IMG/VR virus record: IMGVR_UViG_3300030202_003282
Location: 32,001 to 96,000 of that record
DNA: 64,000 bases
Reading direction: 5' to 3' (one strand)
Source of the DNA: a virus
Below the pieces are notes generated by a model, which had not been told where the DNA came from, searched no databases, and was given only the letters and a program-made list of their open reading frames with translations. Below, one piece after another: positions 1 through 13,200 of this stretch (position 1 is the first letter of the stretch; each line of letters starts with the position of its first letter). Made by a program: the position numbers and the translations under genes.

Positions 1-1
1 G

Positions 2-3000
2 TTGAGTATGCAACAAGCTCAAAATAGAGTATTACAACAATTACCTCCAGAACAAAGAGAACAAGTTGCAATGATTGAACAAATGTTGCAACAACAAGCA
101 ATGCAACAACAAGCTGCAACTAATCAAGATCCTTCACAACAACCTGAACAAATGGGAATGCCACCTATGGAAGGAATGCAGGAAATGGCTCCTATGCCAC
201 AAGAAGAAATGCCTCCGCAGCAAATGATGCCACCTATGGATCAAGGAGCTATGCCTCCTCCAATGCCAATGGCTCAATATGGATATGAACTACCTGAATT
301 TCAACTTAGGGGGGAAATGGCTGGTCCTTTAGCTACTGAACAACCTATACCTTCAGCAGAAGGAATTGATTTAATAGATAATATACAACCATATATTGAT
401 GGGGCAGCATCAATGGGATTAACTGCAATAGTAGTAGATGCAAGAGGTCAACAAATAGATCCAAACAATGCAGGAGATGGAATGTATGAAATTAAATTTG
501 TAGATCAATATGGAAATGCTCAACAGTTTGGAAATCAACCGCCTATGTTATTTGGAATCCAACAAGGACAAATGATGATGAGTGATCCTTCTTTAAGACA
601 AGCTACTTCTAATGATATAGCTGGTATGATACAAAGTAATGTATTTAGTCAAGAAGATTTAGCGGATATACAAAATACAATGGAAATTCAAGATAGCGTA
701 GATCCAATGGAACAACCTATTATTGAAAATTTAGATCCAGTTGCTCAAACTGAAGGTGCTCCATTAATGTCAGCAATTAATCCAGTTTCAGGTGAAGAAA
801 TGCAATTATCACAAAATTTAATGAATCTTGCAGATACGGATGTAAATGTAGATCCATTAACTGCTCAAATTTTAGATCAAACTGATATTACTACTGAAGA
901 AACAATAGAGACAGTTGAAGAACCAGAATCAGATGCATATTCTAATTCTGCAGTATCAGATGTACAAAGAACAAATCTTAATAATGCTGTTAAGTTGGAT
1001 AACTTTGCAGAGGTACAAAAAGTATTAGAAGCAAATATAGGAAAAGTAGGAGATGATGGTAAAGCTGCAGGAACACCACAAGCTGCAGGAACATTTGCAT
1101 TATTTGATGGAGAAGGTGAGTTAGAAGGTCAAGAACCTATGAGAAGTGGTTATCCAAAAGTGGGAGTACAATCTTTATTTCCTGAATTAAAAACCAATCC
1201 AAATTTAATGGGTACTGCTAATGGGGAATTAATGAGAATGTTTAATGTAAACAGTCGTTTTGATCCTAGAGTAGCTGCTGGTATTGCACAAGGTTTAATA
1301 CCTTCTGAAGATAGAAAAAAATATTGGTTAGATAAAACTGATCCAGATTATTTAGATATTAATGATGTAAAAGGAATTAATCTAGCTGAAATTGATCCAG
1401 GTAGATTATTAGAAGAAGTTACTGATATTTATAAAGGTACGTACAGTGATGCATATCCAATTGATTCAGCTACTGGTATGTCAACAAACTATCCTGTATG
1501 GCAAGAAAGAATTAAATTTTTATCAGAAAGACATGGGTTAGATTATCCTGAAGGATTTACAGAAAAAGGGGATTTTAGAACGCAAACTATAAGAGAAGTA
1601 GATGATCAAGGAAATGTTACATTTAGTTCAACTAAACCAAAAAATACATCAGATAAAGTCTTTACATATGATAAAGGATCTGTTAGTAAATATGACGCAT
1701 ATGATCCTGATGAATATAATGGTGCACAAATTATTACTAATTTAGATAATCAAGAATTAATTGAAGAAGAAAACATTGAAAGTGCAGATGATGTTATTTC
1801 TAAAATAGAAGAGACAACTGAAGAGCTTAAAGAAGAAACAGATCCTGAAGTTAAACAAAAATTATGGGAAGAGCTTAATAATTATAAAAAGCTTGAAAAA
1901 GTATTTGCTAGTGAAAATAAACAATGGACTAACTATTTAGATAAAGCATATGCCGGATATAAATATATAATAGGTAGTGAAGACTTAAATCCAAAAAGTG
2001 CTGAACTAACAAATCCTGAAGATTTTCAAAAAAATGTATTGATGGGTAATGCCATTAATTTATCATTAAAAGATTTAAAAAATCAAGATAGTGATTTAGG
2101 AAGAAAAGTTAAAGCTGCTTTAGAAAATCCATCTGATGCTAAGTATTGGCAAAATCTTCTTGAAGATCCTGATATTCAAAAATATTTAGAAGAAGAAACC
2201 GGTGTAAATGGAGCAGAAGCACTAGCTTGGGCAAGCAATAAAGACAATGTAATGCAATTCCAAGCAGGAATGCAGGGATTCAGAAAAGCTGATGCTGAAG
2301 ATGAAACTGGAATGGAATTTTTAGGCAGTGAGTTTGCTGGTACCCAAGGAGGCAATGAAAAAGTTTATGATTCAGATTCATATCATCCATCTAAAATAGA
2401 TGGTATTGTAGGAGATCATACAGCAACTAGCGTATTGTTGGCTAATCAATTACCTGAAGAACCAGAACCAGAAATAGAAATAGAGCCGTGTGGAGCATGT
2501 CCTGATGGAACTGTTCCTGAAAGATTGGATGATGGTACTTGCCCTTGTGAAGAACCAACACCAGAAAAGAAAAAGAAAAAAGGATGTCCATGTAGTGATG
2601 GATCAGTATCTTATTTATGTTGTGCAAAAGCACCGGAAGCAAGATGGGAACCTTGGTTACAAGATGAAATACTTCTCAATACAAATCCTAGAAGGGATAT
2701 GTTTATGCCTTGGCAACCTGATCCTGAAAGAATAGATTTAGATTATGTTTTAGATGATCCAACAACACAAATTGCAGCAAACAATGCAGCAAAAGCTATA
2801 AGTGATCAAGCAGCAGGAGCATTTGGTGGCCGTCAAGGATTGGCAGCATTTACTGGTAAATCAGCTGGAGAAGCAATGGATGGTAATGCTAAAGCTTTAC
2901 AAAGGGTACAAACAAATAATGTAAATATTAAAAATAAATATTTTAGAGATCAAGCTCAATTAGATGCAGGTATTAATTTAGAGAGAAGAAACAGAAATGT

Positions 3001-3604
3001 AAAATATGTTGATGATGTTAACAGAACTCTTCAAAATTATCAGAATGAAAGAAATGCAGATGATTGGAACTATGCTCAAAAATTAGCTAACTATTACACA
3101 AATGCTGGTAAAACACAAGCAAGAAATAGTCAAGAACCTTATTTTCACATGATGCCTGGAGAAGGTGGTACAGTTAGGCAAGTAGGATACCGTAGTATGA
3201 CTGGAGATAAACCTACATCTGATAAAGGTGCATGGCAAGAAAATTATAAAACTGCTTATGCAGATTTACAACAAATAGCTGGACCTGATGGTAAAGTAAC
3301 TAATAAAATGATTACTGATTACATGAGAGGAGCACCTGCACCAACTAAAGCAAATACAAATAATCAAGGTTATCCAGGTAATAATAATTATTATAATTAT
3401 AATACTCATCCTAATATGATGTATAGTGGATATGGACCTACAGGATTTAATCAAGGATATCCAGGAGGGATGCCTGGTGGAAATATTAGAGGGCAAAGAC
3501 AACCAATATATAATAATGCAGGTCAAATAGTTGGTTATGCAAAAAAAGGAAAAGAGTTAAAAAAGTGGGCTAGACCTTTTTATACAGGAAAAATGGGAGT
3601 ATAA
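2..3604 (+). CDS. Large putative internal virion/ejection protein (5'-truncated); Q/P/M-rich N-terminus, Cys-rich patch
   Basis: 1200-aa ORF open at the window edge. It has a low-complexity Q/P/M N-terminus, a CxxCPDG...CPC...CPC...CC patch and a DGIVG motif, and is the first of four co-oriented giant ORFs around the vRNAP gene. Confidence 0.6.
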   Translation: MSMQQAQNRVLQQLPPEQREQVAMIEQMLQQQAMQQQAATNQDPSQQPEQMGMPPMEGMQEMAPMPQEEMPPQQMMPPMDQGAMPPPMPMAQYGYELPEFQLRGEMAGPLATEQPIPSAEGIDLIDNIQPYIDGAASMGLTAIVVDARGQQIDPNNAGDGMYEIKFVDQYGNAQQFGNQPPMLFGIQQGQMMMSDPSLRQATSNDIAGMIQSNVFSQEDLADIQNTMEIQDSVDPMEQPIIENLDPVAQTEGAPLMSAINPVSGEEMQLSQNLMNLADTDVNVDPLTAQILDQTDITTEETIETVEEPESDAYSNSAVSDVQRTNLNNAVKLDNFAEVQKVLEANIGKVGDDGKAAGTPQAAGTFALFDGEGELEGQEPMRSGYPKVGVQSLFPELKTNPNLMGTANGELMRMFNVNSRFDPRVAAGIAQGLIPSEDRKKYWLDKTDPDYLDINDVKGINLAEIDPGRLLEEVTDIYKGTYSDAYPIDSATGMSTNYPVWQERIKFLSERHGLDYPEGFTEKGDFRTQTIREVDDQGNVTFSSTKPKNTSDKVFTYDKGSVSKYDAYDPDEYNGAQIITNLDNQELIEEENIESADDVISKIEETTEELKEETDPEVKQKLWEELNNYKKLEKVFASENKQWTNYLDKAYAGYKYIIGSEDLNPKSAELTNPEDFQKNVLMGNAINLSLKDLKNQDSDLGRKVKAALENPSDAKYWQNLLEDPDIQKYLEEETGVNGAEALAWASNKDNVMQFQAGMQGFRKADAEDETGMEFLGSEFAGTQGGNEKVYDSDSYHPSKIDGIVGDHTATSVLLANQLPEEPEPEIEIEPCGACPDGTVPERLDDGTCPCEEPTPEKKKKKGCPCSDGSVSYLCCAKAPEARWEPWLQDEILLNTNPRRDMFMPWQPDPERIDLDYVLDDPTTQIAANNAAKAISDQAAGAFGGRQGLAAFTGKSAGEAMDGNAKALQRVQTNNVNIKNKYFRDQAQLDAGINLERRNRNVKYVDDVNRTLQNYQNERNADDWNYAQKLANYYTNAGKTQARNSQEPYFHMMPGEGGTVRQVGYRSMTGDKPTSDKGAWQENYKTAYADLQQIAGPDGKVTNKMITDYMRGAPAPTKANTNNQGYPGNNNYYNYNTHPNMMYSGYGPTGFNQGYPGGMPGGNIRGQRQPIYNNAGQIVGYAKKGKELKKWARPFYTGKMGV

Positions 3605-3666
3605 TAAACTTTAAAAGTGTGAAAAGAAAAGCAAGCAAACTTAAAAAATTTTAGTAATTTAGTATT

Positions 3667-6600
3667 ATGGCAACTTATATACCAGGAACGCAAACATTTA
3701 TGCCTACGTTTCAACCGTTTACACCAGATTATAAATTTTTATCTGATGTAATCAATACGAAAACAAATAGGTATGAAACTAATTATAAAGCAATTAATGA
3801 TACCTATGGTAGATTAATTCATTCTGATTTATCTAGATTAGATACTCAAGAACAAAGAGATCAGTATGTTAATGAATTAGCACCTAGATTAGAACAAATT
3901 GCAAGTACAGATTTATCATTAGTTCAAAATGCAGATCAAGCTAATGCATTATTTAAACCTTTTTATGAAGATAAATTAATTGTTGGAGATTTAGTTAGAA
4001 CTGCAGCTCTTAGAAGAGAAACTGCAAAAGCTGAAAGATATCATTATTCTGATAATCCAGAAGAAAGAGATTTATATGGTAATGGACAAGGTGTTAAAAG
4101 AATGAATTATGAAATGCAAGATTTTATAAATGCATCTCCTGAAGAAGCATTAAATATGCCTATTCCTAAATTTGTTCCTAATGCAGATGTTCATACAATG
4201 TCTATGGATTTATTAAAAAATGCTTGGGGTGAAGGAAAAGGAATGACATTAACACAAGATTTTTTACAAAACGGTTGGAAAATTAAAAAAACAAATGGTG
4301 ATTTATTAACTAATAGAGTAGTAGGGTATGCACCTACTGGACAAAAAGATAAAAATGGCCAAGAAATATTACAACCTATTACAGAGAATATAGCCGCTGC
4401 ATTTGTTCAAAAAGAATTATTAAATGATCCAAGGGTATTGGATTCTGAATGGACTAAAGCTTATGTAAGTTCAAGAGAAGCAGCTGATAGAGGAGTTATA
4501 ATTAATGGACAAACTGTATATGGGGATGAAGCCAAAAGAGCATGGGCACTTGAAAGAATTAATTTTGCAAAAGCAGCAAATAGTAAAAGAGTTGCTATGG
4601 CAAAAAATCATCAACAAAAAACTGTTCAAAGTGGAAAAGATTGGCAAAGCTATAAAGATGAGTATGGTATAGTTAAAGAATCACCGGCAGAAGTAGAATT
4701 TTTGAAAACAATTATGGCACTAGAAGCTTCTAATCAAGAAGTAGAAGTAGCTGAAGAAGTGGCCAATGTATCAGAAAATGTAAATACTGAAAATGCAGAT
4801 TTGAAAGGTTTATTAAATGAAGCATATGGAATAGTAATTTCAAGCAATTTAATGGGAGAAATCAGTGATGCTTCAATATTATATGCTGCTTCCACATCTC
4901 AAATGGAAATGGAAATAGATCAAAAATGGAAAATGTATAAGGAACAAGAATTTGATCTTCAAAAAATAAGCATAAACTATCAAAATGATATAAGAAAAAT
5001 TAGAGAAAAAGGTATAGTTGATGATGCTGTAAATAAAGCAAAATTTGAAAGAGAGCAAAATGTAAAACTAGAAGAAAATGCTAAGTTAGATGCTCTTGAA
5101 GCACTGATAAATGGAACAAGTTATGACGGTGACAACAACTATAGATATGAAAGAAATGAAGATGGTGAACCTGATCCAAATACAAATATAGTAACGGATG
5201 ATGAAAGATCTACATGGAATACATATTTTGGTTCTAATGGTGTTATACCTACAGAAAAATTTAACGCTATTAAAGCATTTATGCAAGAAAAAGCGGTAAT
5301 ATCTGGTGGTGATCAAGCAACATTTGCATGGTCAAATAAAAAAATGTCATGGGATGATGCACAAAAATATTTACTGAATACTGAAAAGGGCCGTGCTGAA
5401 TTAAACCAATTATTTAATTGGACAAATAAAGAACAAAGCCTTGTTGGTAAAAAAGAAGGTGTAATGATTAATCTAAATGATAAAGATCAAGTAGCATATG
5501 GTTATTCACCTAAAATGGCACAAAATCAAAATTTTCCTGCTATAAGAAATATGTTTAAAAAAGCAGAAGGACATGAACAGATGTTTGCTGATGGTAGTTG
5601 GAAAAAAATGAAGAATGATTATGGTAATCTAGTAGCAAATGCTGGTGTTGAAATAAATGGTAAACCAAGTTTAATTACAACTTATGATAAGTCTGGATTA
5701 CCATCTCCTTATATAAGTCCATTTGAACAAGTTTTACTTAATGCGGTTTACGCACAAAAATCATCAGGATTAAAATATATAGATAAAGCTGGTGGTGAAC
5801 ATATATTAAATCAAAATTCAGCAAATTTAGCAAGTGATATTGCTAGAATTTATGGAATAAATGTTGGTCAATTAAAAAAAGATGATCAAGATGTGCCTTT
5901 AAATACTTGGGAGGCTATAGAATATAGTAAAAATTTAATCTCTGAAGATAGCTGGAATACATTAGTATCTCGCAGCCCTCTTACAAAAAGGTATGGATAT
6001 GCCACTACTAGTAAGGATACCCGTGAAGGAGAATATAGATGGCCTACAGATAGAGCAGGGGGAGAACCAGAAGATGTTTATGCTTCTTATAGAGCAGCTA
6101 TTAATAAGCCTTATATTTCAGCATTTGCTGGAGCAAAAAGTAAAGAAGGTACAGCATTAGAACAACCTATTTTTGATTTAGGACAATATATGCAAGGTAA
6201 TAGTGCAGATGATATGACAGCAGTAGGTGGAGCTAAATATCCAATACACACAGAGTATATTGATCCATTAAATTTAGGAGAGAGAGATATAACAATGATG
6301 AGTGAAATAATAAAAATATTAAATGGTCCTCAATCAACTTACGCTGTTGGTTTTGGCACACCTCAAACATTTGAATTTATTAAAACAGATGGTTCTGAAG
6401 AAGCTAAAAATACTGTAATAACTACAATAAACAATGTTATAAAAGATGCAAAAACTGGAACAAAAGCACAATCAAGAAACGCTTTTCAAATCAAATATTA
6501 TACTGGTTATGGGCAAGGTGATGCAGATGAATATGCAGCATATCAAGTTCAAGTAAGTAAAAAAGAAGCTTTAGCTTTACAAAAATATTTAACCGGTGAA

Positions 6601-7263
6601 ACATCAGGTTTAATAACTGATTCAGAAAAACAACTAGTAACAATAAGGTTTAAAAAATCTATGGACAATAATCCTTTGGGAATGTCTGATACAAGATTTT
6701 CTCAAGTTGATTATGACATTCAAAGAAATGATGGTGTATATAATTGGAATGTACCTAATGGATTAGGTTTAAAAATTTGGAAAGAAGATGGTGCATATAT
6801 GAGATCATATACTCCAGTAATGTTTAATGATAAATCTGGAACAATACAAGTAAATCCAAATACTGGTCCAGGTAGAGCAGCTCCTATTACATATCTAAAC
6901 GGAAACCCTATTAGAAAAAAAGATTTAGATGTTTGGTTAAATAATTTTCAATCTACTGCATTACAAATGCATCAAGAACGTATTTTAATTCCAGAACAAA
7001 CATGGAAAAAAAATAATCCTGGAAAAATGGTTACATACGATATCCCTAAAAATTTATTACTTTCAAATTCTAATCCTGTTTTTCAACGTAATGTTTTGGA
7101 TTATGATCTTACAACAGATGTTGTTAAAGGTTTAACAGCAGGAGAAATTATGACGGATAATATTCTTAATCCACAAAATAGAAGGCCTAAAAATGCACCA
7201 AAAATGAATTCATCTGAAGATTTTTGGGAACAAGCATCAGATGCTTTTTCTTTTGATTGGTAA
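3667..7263 (+). CDS. Large putative virion ejection protein
   Basis: 1198-aa ORF with no catalytic motif recognised. It lies directly upstream of the vRNAP gene, as in crAss-like ejection-protein clusters. Confidence 0.55.
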   Translation: MATYIPGTQTFMPTFQPFTPDYKFLSDVINTKTNRYETNYKAINDTYGRLIHSDLSRLDTQEQRDQYVNELAPRLEQIASTDLSLVQNADQANALFKPFYEDKLIVGDLVRTAALRRETAKAERYHYSDNPEERDLYGNGQGVKRMNYEMQDFINASPEEALNMPIPKFVPNADVHTMSMDLLKNAWGEGKGMTLTQDFLQNGWKIKKTNGDLLTNRVVGYAPTGQKDKNGQEILQPITENIAAAFVQKELLNDPRVLDSEWTKAYVSSREAADRGVIINGQTVYGDEAKRAWALERINFAKAANSKRVAMAKNHQQKTVQSGKDWQSYKDEYGIVKESPAEVEFLKTIMALEASNQEVEVAEEVANVSENVNTENADLKGLLNEAYGIVISSNLMGEISDASILYAASTSQMEMEIDQKWKMYKEQEFDLQKISINYQNDIRKIREKGIVDDAVNKAKFEREQNVKLEENAKLDALEALINGTSYDGDNNYRYERNEDGEPDPNTNIVTDDERSTWNTYFGSNGVIPTEKFNAIKAFMQEKAVISGGDQATFAWSNKKMSWDDAQKYLLNTEKGRAELNQLFNWTNKEQSLVGKKEGVMINLNDKDQVAYGYSPKMAQNQNFPAIRNMFKKAEGHEQMFADGSWKKMKNDYGNLVANAGVEINGKPSLITTYDKSGLPSPYISPFEQVLLNAVYAQKSSGLKYIDKAGGEHILNQNSANLASDIARIYGINVGQLKKDDQDVPLNTWEAIEYSKNLISEDSWNTLVSRSPLTKRYGYATTSKDTREGEYRWPTDRAGGEPEDVYASYRAAINKPYISAFAGAKSKEGTALEQPIFDLGQYMQGNSADDMTAVGGAKYPIHTEYIDPLNLGERDITMMSEIIKILNGPQSTYAVGFGTPQTFEFIKTDGSEEAKNTVITTINNVIKDAKTGTKAQSRNAFQIKYYTGYGQGDADEYAAYQVQVSKKEALALQKYLTGETSGLITDSEKQLVTIRFKKSMDNNPLGMSDTRFSQVDYDIQRNDGVYNWNVPNGLGLKIWKEDGAYMRSYTPVMFNDKSGTIQVNPNTGPGRAAPITYLNGNPIRKKDLDVWLNNFQSTALQMHQERILIPEQTWKKNNPGKMVTYDIPKNLLLSNSNPVFQRNVLDYDLTTDVVKGLTAGEIMTDNILNPQNRRPKNAPKMNSSEDFWEQASDAFSFDW

Positions 7264-7286
7264 ATAAAAATAATTAAAGTAAAAAA

Positions 7287-10200
7287 ATGGAAGATTTTAA
7301 TCAACTAGATCCTCAATTACCTGATCCAACTGATCCAAATGGAGAATTTAATAATTTATTAGATCCTAATTTAAATTATGGAAAACCAGGTGCTCCTGAC
7401 ATGCCTGTAATAGATCCCAATTTTGCTGATGAAGTTGCAAATAGAGGTCTTCATACTGATTTAGGTTATCAAATGAGACAAGAATTTGATTATAAACCAA
7501 TTCAAGAATATTTAGCACCTGATATTCATGAAGGCTGGACAAATGCTGTAAATATGGAAACAGCTAATATGATTCAAGCAAATGCTCCAATGATTAACGC
7601 ATCATCTATAGGTGGTGTAAGTAATACTTTAGGAAGTAAGCCTGGACCTGCAGGCCTTGATTGGAATCCTTCTGGACCAACAGAAGATGATAGATGGCTT
7701 AATCAATTAAGTAATACTACAATTTCTGAAGATCAAACACAACCTGAAATGTTAGGGGATCCTATGGAGTTTGGTATAAGATCTAGCAATTTTGAAAGAT
7801 ATTATAATCATCCTAATTTTCAAAAGTTAGGATTTAACCCTTATGTAGATAATGAATCTTATTATAATGCTAACTCTAGTGCGTGGGATGATTCATTAAG
7901 AATGTGGCCACAATTTGGAGGACAATATGCAACAGGATTTAGTTCTATATTTAGATCAATAGGAGATTTATTTGATGATGATCCATATTTTACAGCTGCA
8001 GATATAGAAAGTGCACAAGAAATGCAAGATCAGATGAGAATTGGAATGAGTTCAAGAGGTGGTGCATCTGGATTCATGAATAACCTTACATTAAATTTGG
8101 GTTATACTGCAGGTATAGTTTCAGAAATGGCATTAGAAGAACTTGTATTATGGGGTGCTGCTGCTTTACAAGGTGGTATGAATCCAGCATCAGATGCAAT
8201 GGCTGTAGCATCAGGAGCAAATGTTATTAGAAGATTTGGAAACTTAGTAAAAGGTGGATTTGGATTTGTTAAAATGGCAGAAACAGCTAAACTTTTAAAA
8301 GCAATGACTGCTTCACAAACGGCTAAAGCTGTGTGGAATACTACTAAAGGTATTGGCAAAGGAGCTGGAAAATTCTTTACTCCTAATACTTTATATGCAA
8401 TGAAGTATTGGAGAACAACTGGAAAAGCAGCTGAAGGTTTAACTAATATGGCAAAAGTTTCAAGAACTGCCGGAGCATTTTATAGGGATGTTAGAGCAGT
8501 TAATCTTGCAGTTTCAGAATCTAAATTAGAAGGTGGATTAGTTTATAATGAAAGAATGAGTGCTGGTTTAGCACAATGGTATGCAAAACCTGAAAATAAA
8601 GGAAAACAACCTACAGCTCAAGATTTACAAGAAATACAAGTAAATGCTGCAAATGCTGCAAGTAGCACTGCTTTATGGAACATACCTTTTATATATGCTA
8701 CAAATAAACTTGTTTTAGATGGTGCATTAACAGGGTTTAAACCTATTAGTAGATTAATGGATGAAAGTTTAAGTGGTTGGCAAAGAAGAGTGATGCGTCA
8801 AGCAGCTACTAAAGGAGGTATGCCTCAAAAAAATATTTGGAAAAAAATATCAAAAGGAAAATTAGGAGGATGGTTGCCTAGCACACAAATGATGAAACAG
8901 TGGACTATAAAAGGTTCAATGAAAAGAGGAGCTGCAGGATCTTTAAGATATTTTTCTGGAAATTTAGGAGAAGGTGTTCAAGAGCTTTATCAAGAAGCTG
9001 TATCACATGGAATAAAAGATTATTACTCAGCTATATTTGATGATCCTGCAATGGCAGGTAGTGACGCTATGTTGGCATCAGCAGGTGAAGGCATTAAAAG
9101 TCAATGGGGTGCTCAAGGTGGTGAAGTGTTTTTATCAGGATTTTTAATGGGAGGACTGATACAAGGTCCTCAAAAATTATTTTTTGAAGGTGTTCCAGCA
9201 TTATATCAGTCTAAATTTCAAAAAGAAAAATGGAATGAATATCAAAAAAATAAAGAAGATTATATTGATTTAGCTGTTGAAAATCTTAACAATGTTCATA
9301 ATAGTCAAGTAGATAATCCAGATAAATTTATGGATTTTGATAAAATGAATTTTGTAGCTCAAAAACAAGCAGCAGAAGAAATGATGAAATCTGCTTATGA
9401 AAATGATGTTTATGGTTTTTATAATCATAAAGATGATTTAAAATATAGAGCTTTATATTCTGTACTTGGAGAATATAAAATGAAGGGTTATCTTAAAGAT
9501 CAATTAAAAGATTATTTAAAATTAGATGATAAAATGTTAGCTGAAGCTTTTCCAGGAAATCAAGCTGATATTAAAAACGGAAAATTTAGAGAAAGAATTC
9601 AAGATATGATTGGTCAAATTGATCAACATGATAAAATTGTAAGAAAAGACATGAGGCAAAATAAAAATCCTTATGACAGAACGCAATTTGAAGACGGAAG
9701 TACAGAATGGAAAAGAGAACTTTTAAGAGAAAGAGCTTGGGAACACGCACGTTTTTTAAAATTATTTACTAGAAATAAATGGAAAAGAGCAGGGGAAAGA
9801 ATACAAGAAATTGATAAAGAATTAGAATCACATCCAGTTCTTAGTAAGTTAGCAGCTAATGACTTAATTGCATTATCTGACGTAGAAACTTTAGATAGAG
9901 AAATAACTTTACTTAGAGAGGATTTAAAACTGACTAAAGGGGAAACTAAAAAAGAAAAAGAATTACTTAAATCTAAAACTGATAGATTACGTTTATTAGA
10001 AAATGTAAATAAAGTTTTAAATGATGAAACTAATTATAATAAAACTGGTCAAAGAAGAGGTCATTTTAACAAAAAGAAATTAAACAGTTTAGAAAAACCA
10101 GTTGTTAAATATTTGGAATATTTAGCAAAAGAAAGAAATCAGAATATAGAATGGGGTGAAGTTAAAGGTCTTATTGGCTTATTAGTAGACCGCACAAACT

Positions 10201-13200
10201 TAAAAGATGATTCTTTAAAATATGGCAGATCTGTAAGATTTATGGAAAACCCAAAAGAATTTGAAAAAATAGTTGATAAAACATTTGAGTATTTAGAAAA
10301 AAGATTTAAAAATGCTAAGTCTGAGTTGAGAAAAAGAATGAAAAAATATGCAGCTCAACAAGAAGGTATTGGTTTAGTAAAAGCATTTGAAAACTTAAAT
10401 GAAGGTAGTGGTGTAATTCCTACTCCAGAAGCTTTAGACTATTTCTTTAAAAGTGAAGATGCTACTGTATTTTTACAACAAACTGAAGATGGAACTTTAG
10501 TAAACTTAGTTACTGAATCTGGTGGTATTAATAAAGAATCAAGCCCATTAGTTTATAATGAAATTGTAAGACTTGTAGGTCAGTATAATAGAGCTCAAGG
10601 TCAAACAGAATCAGAGTCTGCTGAAGATATGTCAATGGGTGATGAATTTGATGTAGAATATGAAACAGATGAAACTAGTGAAAAAGCAACTGATGATCAA
10701 GTAAAAAAACCAAAAAGAAAAGTTGAAATATTAAAACCACAGGCTGAAGAAGTACTTAATAAAAAACATAAAAGTCATGTTAGTAAAACAATAACTGAAG
10801 GTGGTAAAAAACCTTTATCACCAGAAGGTTTTAGAAAAAGTAAAGAAGGTCAAAATATTATTAAAACTTTTATAAGGTTAGAAGAAAAATATCAAAACTA
10901 TTTAAACAGTGTACCTGAAGGACAAAACCAATTGCAATTTGAACAATGGCTAGCTTCTAATGAAACAAATCCAGAAATTGCTGACATTGTAAATAATGCA
11001 GGTTTAGCATTTTCAGATTTATCTGGAAAAGAAAATCCTCAAAATTTACCTGCTGATAAACTACAACCTTCTGATAAAGAAGTAAAAGATTATCAAATTC
11101 CTGGGTTACATCTTATAGAAAGAACTGGAGAAAGTGGAGACACAACAATAACTTATTATGTTATTCTTGATGAAAATGGTAATAATACATATAACACATA
11201 TAAAGGATTATCCACAGCTAAAACAAAAATTAATGACACATATACCACATTAGATGATGCCAAAAAAGCTTGGAGAAAAATTGAAGAAAATATGCCTGAT
11301 GATACTCCATTTGAATTTGATGGAGAACAACTATTTCATGGAGCTATAGTAAACAATAAAAAAACTAAAGATAAATATGTTGTTATATCTACACCAAAAG
11401 GATTAGCAAAAGGAAAACAAATGGGTAAAAGAAAATTATTTCTATTACCTCTTAATCTTGTTGATGCTCCAAAAGCACAAAAAAATAAAGGAACATTAAA
11501 GTTAAATGCAGGAGAATTTAAAAATAAATATGAATTAATTGATGAAACGTTTGAACCAGCACTTACAAATACAAGTAAGTTAAATCCAAATGAGTTTACT
11601 ACATTCTATGCTTGGGAAAATAAAATAGCTGGTGAATCAAAAGCTGATGCTCAAATGAGAATGGATTATATTTTAAATAATTTAACTAATGAAGAGTTAA
11701 ATAATTTAGAATTTGAAATAATTAGAAATAAAGAAGTAACTGCACCAGAACCTTTTCAAATTAAACAATCTAAAGATGGTAAAACATATGAGCCAAATAA
11801 TCAAGTTTTAATTGGTAGTGAACGTTACGGTATTGCTTTAGTTATAAAAGATCCTGCAGTAAGAGTTAAAGTAGAAACTATATTAGCAGAATCTAAAGCT
11901 TTTGCTGAGTTATTAGATAGCACTGGAAATCCATCCGGTAAATATTTAAATGAAAATGGAACAGTAGCATTTTATGGTGCAGCTAAACAAAGAGTTTTTA
12001 AAGATTCTTCTGGAAATACTATAGAAGTTCCTAATATGACATCTGCTCAAATAAGACAAATATTTAGACCATCATATAGTGGAACAGCACTTTACTTAGA
12101 TAAATCTATTAAAGATGGTTATGCTAAACAGCAATATATTTTAGAGCAATTATTAAAAGCTAAAGAAGCTGGGGCAGTTAGTGTTCCTGTTTCAAATTTA
12201 GATGGAGGAATAATATTAAAATCAAGTCCTGGAAGATTAGCATATGTATCAAAAGGTTCTGCTTTAGTTCCATTATCAGAATTATCAAACTATAGTGCGG
12301 ATAATAATGGTAATGTATTAATTTTAGACAATCAACGTGTAGACACTGAGTACACTAAAAAGGATCTGGAACAGTTAGAAAAAGATAATCCAGATACTAT
12401 ATATAAAGTAGATAATCAAGGCAAGGTTTATAAAGTTGCAGGAAATCCAATAAGTAATTTAAAAGGAAAAGCTTTAACTAAACTTTATAATGAGGTTAAA
12501 GCAGGTATGGGTAATTATTTAAATTCTGCAATGGCTGCTGGTAGATATGTGGCTATAATTAAATTACCAAATGGTGTATATACTTATGCAGAGCTGCAAT
12601 CACAAAAACTTAATGAAGAAGAAATATCAGATGTATTAGTAGATATTAAAGAAAGAGCTACTAAAACTATAAAAGATAATGTAGTTAAAGAAGAAAATGA
12701 ACCATGGTCAGATGCTACTGTAAAGGATGAATTTTACAACACTAAAATAAGTAAAACATATCCTGAAGGTTATAACAATGAATTAAATAAGAAATTTTAC
12801 ATATACAGTTTACCTGGTTATACTGTTAGTATGAAAGTAAGTTCTTATGGTTATGTTCAGATTGAATTTTATAATCAAAAAAATTCTGATAAAACATTTA
12901 CAATTAAAATTAATCAGGATCAGATTAGTGAAATGAAACCTGATATTGCAAATTTTAATGCTCTTGTTGGTGAAATTGCTACAGATTTTATAACTGGAAA
13001 TGAAAATTTATCTAAGTCTCAGAAACAAGCTTTAGAAACATTAGTTGCTGGAGGTACCATTTTTTCAACAGATAATTTCCGTAAATCTATTGATAGAAAA
13101 ATAACAAATGTTGATGATATAATAAATAATGTTGATTCAAAAATTGATAGTAGAATTAGATATGATGTTGGTTTATTAATTGATGTTACAGATTCTTCAG

